64,000 nucleotides of DNA, from positions 95,976,001-96,040,000 of the forward strand of contig NC_042997.1 in NCBI RefSeq assembly GCF_006345805.1, read 5' to 3'. Shown here piece after piece: positions 54,480-64,000 of the stretch. Within the stretch, counting starts at the first letter, position 1, and every line of letters begins with the position of its first letter. The notes below the pieces were generated by a model. The model was not told the origin of the DNA. It worked only from the letters and a program-made list of their open reading frames with translations, and ran no database searches. The stretch is from Octopus sinensis (lineage: Eukaryota). Both the position numbers and the translations under genes were made by a program.

Positions 54480-55685
54480 AAACAGTCGATCTTTTTGCGG
54501 GCGCCTACAAACGAGCTGTGGACCGGTTTAACTTTTCCAGGCATCCCCGTCATCTAAACATCACCCCAGCCGAACTCTCGGCACTTCGATATCTCCGACG
54601 CCGCACTGACATCATCATAAAACCGGCCGACAAGGGTGGAGCCGTGGACATGTGCCGTGCGGACCTCTACAAGGCCGAAGTTCTCCGCCAACTTCAAGAC
54701 ACCTCTTTCTACTGCCCTCTGACCCCATGCCCAGCTACCGACAGACTTAGTTCTCCACTATCCATGAACTCATCTCCTCTTCCTGTCTCCCCGCCACCGC
54801 TGCCAACCTTATTGTGCACGCCCCTCGCACCCCCACCATTAACTTCCTCCTCAAAATCCACAACCTAACAATCCTGGACGCACCAACGTCTCAGCATGCA
54901 ACTCTCCCAGAAAACTCATCTCCAGATATCCTGACCGTGTCCTTGCCCCCCTAGTGGCTTCCATCCCCTCTCACATCCATGACACCAGTCATGCGCTTCG
55001 TTTGTTCAACTCTTTCCCCTTCCCTCCTGGCCCCTCTAAAGTTCTCTTCACCCTCGGCATCCAGAGCCTTTACACGGTGATCCCTCACCACGAGGAGCAG
55101 CTTACACTCCAACATTGCCATGACCTTAGACACAACCCCAACCTGACAAATACCCCAGGTCTATCCCCACCCTCAGCCTAATCCACACCCACTCTTGCTT
55201 TCCCCATTCTCGCCTCTCCCACCTCTCAACACCATTACACGACACGATACACCGCTACACCATACATGACCATATCGCACAACCCCGCAAACACCAGCAT
55301 TGACCACTTCCCAGCACCCATATTTTCACACCTACACATACACGCACACGTCAAAATAACCAGCCCTCTTCCACACGCACATACAAATTCTCTCATACAA
55401 ACGCACGCGCACCTTCGTTTGGGTCTCCACTACTTTATTATCTCCCCTTCTCCCTAGCTCTCCTCTGTGACCCTTCTGTCCGGCATTCGTCATGATAGAT
55501 CGCTAGCCACAACACATTCTTTATTTTCTCTCCTTGTCTCTTTCTGCGTTCCCTTCTGTGGAAGAGTGTAGGCTGGAAACGTTAAAGACTTTTTCACTTC
55601 CCGAGCGTTAAACTAATACATCTGTTTGTTGTCTACACCACCTGTTTTCGTCATTTGTTTTTGTTTTGTGAATTCTCCCCTCATA
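54480..55685 (+). mobile_element. Penelope-like retroelement: N-terminal RT fragment, internal deletion, 3' region and pLTR
   Basis: NITPAELSALRYLRRRTDIIIKPADKGGAV..YKAEVLRQLQDTSFY; PGRTNVSACNSP; SIPSHIHDTSHAL..LFTLGIQSLYTVIPH (D[VI]xSLYTxIPH motif). pLTR at 55505-55685. Confidence 0.88.
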
Positions 55686-56145
55686 TATATATATATATAT
55701 ATATACATATACAGTAAGATAAACGCCGTATCAAAGTATTTGTTCTATGTTACTTCTATTTTAACCCCAGATAGATCATCCGCCTGCTGGCTATCGGGGC
55801 AGTGCAGCACCCTGTAGATGCACATATATTACTAGCAGGGGAACGAACCCCTGGTATTCTCTAGGACACGAAAGGATTACCAGACTGACTCAGTTTCGAG
55901 TTGGTTGGCTCCTCTTTATTCGCCAGCACCTGGCGGACTTAACCGCGGACTATGATTCTTTCTCATTCACTGTGTGTAGCTTTCATTCACGAAGTACTTG
56001 CAATCAATCAATAATATGCATTCATTCTGCATATCTTATGATAATTTTCTCCGTATTTCTACTTTTCTCTGAACGATAAAAGTGTAACTTTATAAATCAG
56101 TCAGACAATCACTATTTATCATTTACACACTTGCGCGCACACACA

Positions 56146-56189
<44 letters not shown>

Positions 56190-58239
56190 CACACACACAC
56201 ACAACTTAAGGACCTCGTATAAATTCTTTCAGTGGGGAGCGTTCTAGTGCGCACGGATGAAGCTGGTAATTCGTGTCTTCTTGAGATATCTTTCTAGAAA
56301 ATAGTGATTACAATGGAACTTCATTGATATAATGAATAAACCTTGACTTCAAATCAAAATAATAGCCATTTGGAGAGGTGTAAGATTATAGGATACCATA
56401 ACATGTAAGACAGAATTGGACTTTATTTTCCTTAAATCACTCCACATAAATTTGAAGAGCCACAGTCCAAATTTTGAGAGTAATGCGTTTGTCAGAATTA
56501 TCTGCCTTCGAAGTCAGATAGGCAGAGGGATCAGTAGAAAACTGTTAACAAAATTATATCTGTATTGAGAACACAAGCTGAACTTGTTTTATGGACTTAA
56601 GTTGTATATTAAATTAATGCAAATAGATATTTATTACAACTATTCCCTTATTACCGCTATTTTCAAAGGATCTCTAATTTACACAATGAAAAAGCTCCAG
56701 GAAAATTATTTTTGAATTATAAATCGCAAGGCAAATATAACTTCTTCCATATCGTAGTCGATTACAAGTGCTGTAGTTAATGATGGATTGGTGTAGTTGC
56801 AATATATGTTTAATTAAGATATCCTGAAATGCACGTTTCACCCAATTAACCAACCTAATAAAATATTGATCCGTTGTTCCCACCGATTCAATAAAAGTTC
56901 CTAAAATTCCGATTTCATGTTCTTATTCTTTCTGTTAAATTTACCTTAGTTACTGAGAAATATAAGTATCCTCAATTTTTTGAAACTCTTCTTTTCCATA
57001 ATTGCTCAAATAGCAAATAAATCATTTAGTTCATTTGTATGTTTCAAAAGTCACTGACCGCGATCATATTGCACTCGTAATGGATATCATTTACAGATAT
57101 TTTGGCACATTGTTTTTATAATCATTATTTCATAGTCTTATTTTAGTATTATCACTTTATTAAAGCCACTAGTCTAAGAAAATTGATAGTAGAAACTGGC
57201 AGTTTTGTTTCTACTCATGTCTACTTATCTCTCTAACTTTAATGTACATTCGATTAATTTGTCACTTCCAGCTGTTATTGTCACCAAGTTGATAACAAAT
57301 GATTTAGTAACGAGGTTCTAAGATAATCTCTCCCTCCCCCTCTTTCTCTCTTTCTTTTTTTTTCTGTTGTCTCTGTATTCCCCCTACATAGTTGAATTTC
57401 TGATAGAATAAGAAGCTGCTATTTATAATATATTAGTTTGTCTCCTATATACTTTCTTTTGTTTAGTAGAATAATTTATGGTATGTAAACAATCATTTAG
57501 TTAACTTTGAGGAAATTATTTATGAAACTTTCATTCAATACTGTATAGACTTAATCATTTGTGTGTATACCTTATTGATCAATGTAAAATATTCTATTGA
57601 ATATTGCAACAACTGTTAATGATTAAAAATGTAATACTGATACCTTCGCTTCTTTCGTTAACTGCGATGTGTATATGTGTGTGCGCGCGCTCGTGTGGTT
57701 TGTTTCCTCTTCATTGACATATAAATCACTCTTTGATATGTTCGAAAGTATTGGTTGTATTTTAAAATAACAATGGAGATCAGACATCCTAGCATTCTTT
57801 TCAAGTCGATTACATCTATTAGATATCACATGAACTGTACACCTATGATTAAATTCACTGTTATGTGTTATTTCTTTTCCCGAAATGGCTGAAGCCGCCT
57901 GATAAGCAATGTTGGTTAGGCTGACAGTAAAAGCGGTGAACCACATTAGATCTTCGAAAAAAGGATTTATTGTAGGCAACCTCTACATTATCGATTATAA
58001 CTTAGAATGTTCTACAAATTTAACGTCGTAATAAATATGTAGTTAAAAGTCAGCTTCACAACCCTGTATATATAGGTTCATTCTCACTGGGCACAGCAGT
58101 TAGCACAGATGTCATATGCCAGAATTTGTCTAGGAGTCTGTGAGTAGAATTCGAGAGAAAGAAGCTGACCGTAGTCTGCCATACACGCGCACACAAGCAC
58201 ACACACATATGAATGTGCATATATATGTATATGTATAGT

Positions 58240-58400
58240 TGGAATTTACAAAAAAATTAACAAAACAAAAGACGGAGACGGGTGTGTAAGCAGCAAACAG
58301 ATATATTAGTTTAACAATCGGGATGTGAGAAAGTCTTTTACGTTTCGAGCCTATGCTCTTCAACAGAAAGGAACACAGAAATAAACAGAGAGAAAAAATA
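58240..58400 (-). mobile_element. PLE pLTR-like fragment with hammerhead-like motif
   Basis: The reverse complement matches 55505-55685. Motif CTTT-CTGTTGA-A-GAGCATAGGCTC-GAAA-CG-TA-AAAG at 58334-58371. Confidence 0.7.
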
Positions 58401-58420
58401 TTTATATATAAGTATATATA

Positions 58421-59015
58421 CCGTCGTCGATGGCACTAACTCGTGTTCATGTACTCAAACTATAGCGAGTGAAGGAGCTTCTTCAACTTCATGGATGCGG
58501 AGGATACCCGGTACTGATGTGGCTTTTCAGGCCAATGACACTATAGAAGAGCCGGGAGCATTTATTGCAAGATTGGTTTGACGGGGGGAAAGGAAGTGTG
58601 AGCCGTACTTTGCGTCTTCCACGTATGATCACTGACTCCTCAGGTCTGTTATTTTCCATAAATTCTCTTCCCTTGACGATGATATGCCGCCACTTTGATT
58701 AATCCTTGGCGATTGTATCCCTCGTATTTGGGTCAATGAAACTGCGGAGTAGAGTAGCATTGTGCTTGTCTCGGGAACGGATTTTGAGACCTCAACGTGG
58801 TCAGGTTCCTGAGGTCACCTCCGCACAAACGAGTTGACGAGAGAGGCGCGTTTGAGGCATACGTATGACATGTCCTGACAGACGGAGGCGGTGTCTTCTC
58901 ATAGTAGCTTCGGAGTAGTCCGGGTTCTAGGCATAGTAGCTCCTGGGCAGTCTGGGGAGTCCGGCTGGGAGCAGAACCTTCCCCTTCGTAATATAGACTT
59001 TCCACCAAATACTCA
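58421..59015 (-). mobile_element. RTE-clade LINE 3' fragment
   Basis: Minus strand RRHRLRLSGHVIRMPQTRLSRQLVCAEVTSG..GLKIRSRD..AKD*SKWRHIIVKGREFMENNR..CNKCSRLFYSVIGLKSHIS, the RTE LRW.GHV.RM..LPKQ motif plus a terminal C2H2-like finger. Confidence 0.8.
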
Positions 59016-59039
59016 TGACTGCACGATTTTCTTCAAATC

Positions 59040-59076
<37 letters not shown>

Positions 59077-59100
59077 GTGTGTGTGTGTGTGTGTGTGTGT

Positions 59101-59622
<522 letters not shown>

Positions 59623-59915
59623 CCGTGATCTTCGTGACCGACTAGGCTATCAGATGTTGCTACACATCGCTGGTCACAATGCGCTTCGCATTGTTTTAGC
59701 CTTCAAATGACGTCACCCCACTGGCTAAGCGAGCAGGCCAACATAAGAAAGAGTGAGAGAAAGTTGTGGCGAAAGAGTACAGCAAGGATCGCCACCACCA
59801 CCTTGCCGGAGTCACGTTTTCGCTCAATAAACACTCACAACGCCCGGTCTGGAAATTGAAACCGCGATCCTACGACCGCGAGTCCGCTTCCCTAACCACT
59901 GGGCCATTGTGCCTA
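59623..59915 (-). mobile_element. tRNA-derived SINE (family A), inverted relative to the 59101 copy
   Basis: The reverse complement GGCACAATGGCCCAGTGGTTAGGGAAGCGGACTCGCGGTCG.. aligns with 59101-59365. Confidence 0.9.
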
Positions 59916-60434
59916 CACACACACACATATATATACATATACACACATATATGAGTGTGTATGTATGTATATATGTATATAGGTGTATATATGTATGTGT
60001 ATACGTACTTATATACCTAATATATATGTGTGTGTAGGTATATAAATACGTATTCATACACACACACACATACAAGTCTATCGGGATTAATTAATATAGT
60101 TTTTGAAGTGTAAAGGTGATTGATTTTTCTAGAAAAATATTTTTTTCAAAAACCTGTTATGAAAATGAGGATGTTACTAACCTTTGGGAGGGGGAGTTTT
60201 TTTCTAGTGTGTGAGATCTTTCGCTAAATCTTTTTAATCATACGTGCTCTTAAAGAGGAAGTTGTTGGTTTTGTGATAGCTTGATTTCACTTGCCTCCAA
60301 TTCACTTAGATCAGGCCTATGATGGAGTAACATCCTGTTTAGGTGGGAAGTTGTTACATCGGTCATGTAGTATATTATGTGAGTCATAGAAATCGAAACA
60401 ATACTTAATTTGTTCTCACCTTTTATTATCTTCC

Positions 60435-60792
60435 TTTTATCTTTTAACTGTTTTAGTCACTAAACTATGGCCAATCTGAGGTGCCGCATTGAAGAATGAA
60501 TCGATAAGTCTGGCAATTATTCTATGTCTCTTTGCCCAATCACTAGGGTATTGGGACGTAAACACGCTTGCACCGATTGTCACGCGATCGTAGGGGTACA
60601 GTACAGACACCCACACACACATATATATAAACATATATACGAAGGGCTTCTTTCAGCTTCAGTCCTCCAAATCTACCCAAAAAGCTGTGGTCGACCTGAT
60701 GTCTATAGTAAAAGACACTCGCCCAAGATTCCATTCAGAAGGATCATGTGATTGGAAAGTATGATTCTTACCACCCAGCCACGCCTGTGCCT
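60435..60792 (-). mobile_element. SINE family D, diverged copy
   Basis: Minus-strand head TAGGCACAGGCGTGGCTGGGTGGTAAGAA (A-box-like), then CTTGGGCGAGTGTCTTTTACTATAG. The 3' half is homologous to 30692-30905. Confidence 0.65.
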
Positions 60793-61849
60793 ATGGTAGT
60801 CATACTGTCAAATTAATTACATTTTCAGTTTTGTTCTAGAGAAATATAGTTAAATATACTTCTCTCATTGTAGGTAATATCATTTATATTACTGGCAAAT
60901 ATCACCCTTTTTTATGTGGCGTTGAATTTAAAGTTGTTACTAACTGTGGAACAGAAGATATACTCTAATGTTTTGTAGATCAAGAAGTGACTGACGATCA
61001 TGCCTCACTTTCTTATTTTGTACATAGAATTTATTATGTCATGAAACTTGTTCCTGTTTATAGTTTCGTATTCAGATGCCATGTTTTATCAGATAATATG
61101 TATAAAGCTGCATAAATATTGCAACATAGAAACAGCAGTGAAATGGAAACTGTATTAAGTGAAACATATTAAATATATTCAATAATCACTTTAAATATAG
61201 GGAAAAAAAGAGTGAAGTATTTTTATACCTGAAGTAGCAGAATATGAACATTGTAATTAACAGTAGGATCAGTGATATATTGCTCATAATGAAGTAGATG
61301 TAAGCAAGAATCAGTGCTCGCTGGATGTCGAAACTGGTGTGAATTTCGGGCGGTTCCTGTAAAATTAAAATAAAGAATATATATATATTATATATGTATC
61401 TGATATACATATTTATATGCAAAAAGATATACTGATTGATATATATAAATATATAGAAATGAGGGCAGATATATAAAGACATAAACAGCGAGAAGGAAAT
61501 AGAGGTCAAAGGGAGAGAGAGAGAGAGAGACGTTGGAGAGAGGGAAGAGTAAGTGGACATTAGATAATGTCCATAAATGAAGTATATCGCTTAAACGATT
61601 ATTTGGTATTATTTGCTATGAAGCATTTATTCTTATATTTATGAATATTACATAGCTTTATCGGTTATAGTTTACAGGTTATCTCTTTGTCTACTACTCC
61701 TAAATCAGCGCTTTTAGTTTCTATTACTCTGCCAGTCTGAACGCCAATGTCCCATAACATCTTCTAATTCCTACTTTCTAACAGTTGCTAATATTTCATG
61801 TTCATACCATTTTCAGTATGGTCAAATTCTATATTTCTACATAACTTCC

Positions 61850-62640
61850 AGTGGATTATGTAGCGTATCTGATTCTACCTTCAGTGTTATCACCACACTC
61901 TTGTACTGCATCAACTTCTCAGATAATATACTCTATAGATCATTAGAAACTAAACAAAATTCATTCTTTCCGGCTTTAACACATTCAACATCATTTGTCA
62001 GTTACACAATATATATCCAGATTTCATTCAGATATTCTGCTCGTGGAAATGATGTATAACTGTTGTTTAGGGATTGGCAAATATTTTTCCAAGCAGCATC
62101 CATAGCTGAAGGTTTCTCATAACTCATATAATATGCACAACATCCATTACTTTGAACTTCTTCCAGAAGTATTTATCAGTAGGTTACTCCCCACCTTCAA
62201 ATTTATAATTTGTTTAAGAGTTCTTCCTAGACAAATGCCCCGAAGTTGGCTATCACACAATGATCCATTTACTAGAGCAACGAAGTTGTATTTGTGGTGA
62301 TATATTCTACGTCTATTAATGATAAATCTTATATAAATTCTTTGGATTACTTGGTGCAATCTCTAAAAGCAGTGATGCTTTGTTGAGTGCATCATATCTG
62401 GCGCTGTATCTTTCTACATCATGCCAAATAATGTTTGTAAGCAACTATTCAAAAATACAAGTCATTCTTATTTGAATGTTCCTAGTCCTTCTCATTTGAA
62501 GACTAAATCAGTGGTAATTTTAACTTCACCAAACTTGAAAGCACTTGCATTTCCGAAGTAATACTCGAATCGGGAGCTCTAATTTCATAAAAAAATTCAT
62601 TTCTTCAAAGAAGAGACGTTTAATTTTTAGTGGCTTTAAG
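61850..62640 (-). mobile_element. Tigger/pogo transposase (DDE_1) relic
   Basis: Minus-strand pieces KASLLLEIAPSNP (~KALLLLDNAPGHP), TNTTSLL**MDHCVIANFGAF / LGRTLKQ (~PPNTTSLLQPMDQGVIA.FKAYYLRRT) and KPSAMDAAWKNI. Boundaries are approximate. Confidence 0.7.
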
Positions 62641-62899
62641 CCTTGGTGTTGATATTTCTAGTAAGCTTGAGATTCCAGAAAATACAGCAGCTTTATGAAT
62701 GCATCTTTTAGTTAATCTCCATGCAGATTACGTGAAGGTATATGAAAGCATGCATATACACACAAGCCTGCACTCATATACCTTCACGTGCACTCAGACA
62801 CACCTACACACACTGATAATATACATATATATATGCATGAAGTTTCATATATATATCGATGTATGTATAAGTTTATGCAAGCATGCATGTATAAGTGCA

Positions 62900-62909
62900 T
62901 ATATACATA

Positions 62910-62979
<70 letters not shown>

Positions 62980-63028
62980 GGTCCCGGGTTGAGTCGGGGT
63001 TAACCACAGTAAGCTCCTTCTATAAAAT

Positions 63029-63096
<68 letters not shown>
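62900..63096. repeat. (TA)n tracts flanking a short unique/poly-A insert
   Basis: Read directly from the sequence. Confidence 0.9.
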
Positions 63097-63098
<2 letters not shown>

Positions 63099-63829
63099 TC
63101 CCCATCTAAATACATTTGTAACACGTATCGCAGTGCTGACCAACAATAATAATGGTGAAACTCTAATATAAACATGTGCTTGAATTTATTTCTTCTACAT
63201 TTGCTCTATAATAATCAGTAATCAGTACAGAAGTTACTTAACCATTATACAAGTCGTAAGCTGCAGGATAATAATAATAATCTTCGCAGAGCACTAAGCA
63301 TAACAGTATCAGTCGTATTTAGTATAGTGTATTTATACTTAACTAGGAGCATTCTATCCTAATCACTGCCCGAATGACATTTGATTAATACACGAATGTA
63401 TACCGAAACAAATATGTTTGTCTAGATTCATTGAATTGATATATTTGTCAATAGACAGCAATATTAGATTGAATTGTTTAGTTGCGCAACATATTGGTAA
63501 AGAAGTCTAAAAGAGAAACTACCTTTTCAGTTGTACTATTTTAGATTTTATTTCCTTGGATCTCTATGTCTGTGTTTTATACTTCTGTTTTGTTCTTTTC
63601 AGTCTGTCTCTGCGTATATATAGTCGCATAAAAATGTACAGCGACAATGGCACAAACTCACTATATTTTTGTTATTTTAAAATGTTCTGTCTACTTTGCC
63701 ATGCATTCTTCACGTTCCCTTTATACAGCTTCTAATATTCACAAATACCCATACATATACTGGCACGTATATACCCATATATATGTGCATAAATGTGCAG
63801 TTATCCATACATACACACACATACCCATG

Positions 63830-63848
63830 CATATATACATACATACAC

Positions 63849-63912
<64 letters not shown>

Positions 63913-63943
63913 TATATACACACACATATATATATATATAGAT

Positions 63944-64000
<57 letters not shown>
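63830..64000. repeat. (CATA)n/(TA)n/(CA)n/(TG)n microsatellite
   Basis: Read directly from the sequence. Confidence 0.95.

Noticed and set aside
55831-55855. Third Helitron 3' end (hairpin next to CTAG on the minus strand)
   Set aside because: The hairpin abuts CTAG without the usual spacer and shares no sequence with the other two ends.
57623-57979. 118-aa non-repetitive ORF
   Set aside because: TTG start, no recognisable domain and no convincing splice signals.

Overview
AT-rich, microsatellite-dense eukaryotic DNA with no recognisable host protein-coding gene. The SINE families and the (TA)n/(CATA)n/(AAT)n load suggest an Octopus or related coleoid genome, which is an inference. Almost everything interpretable is transposable-element derived. 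DNA transposons: a full-length IR/DR-type Tc1 (DD34E) broken by only two stop codons, a DD37D/maT element, mariner and Tigger/pogo relics, a pogo/Tc2-like MITE and Helitron ends. Retroelements: two RTE LINE fragments, two R4/Dong LINEs in (AAT)n, a (CATA)n-associated RLE-type LINE tail amplified in tandem, several tRNA-derived SINE families and many Penelope-like element (PLE) relics. The most interesting signals are four. (i) Two R4/Dong LINEs sit inside the (AAT)n tract that encodes the poly-Asn linker of a PLE ORF. (ii) Two recurrent non-canonical hammerhead-ribozyme-like motifs occur in PLE terminal repeats. (iii) Fold-back structures recur at PLE termini, including a perfect 120-bp palindrome. 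(iv) The Tc1 transposase looks easy to repair. Most short ORFs in the supplied track are microsatellite artefacts. All alignments and translations were done by eye, so element boundaries are approximate.
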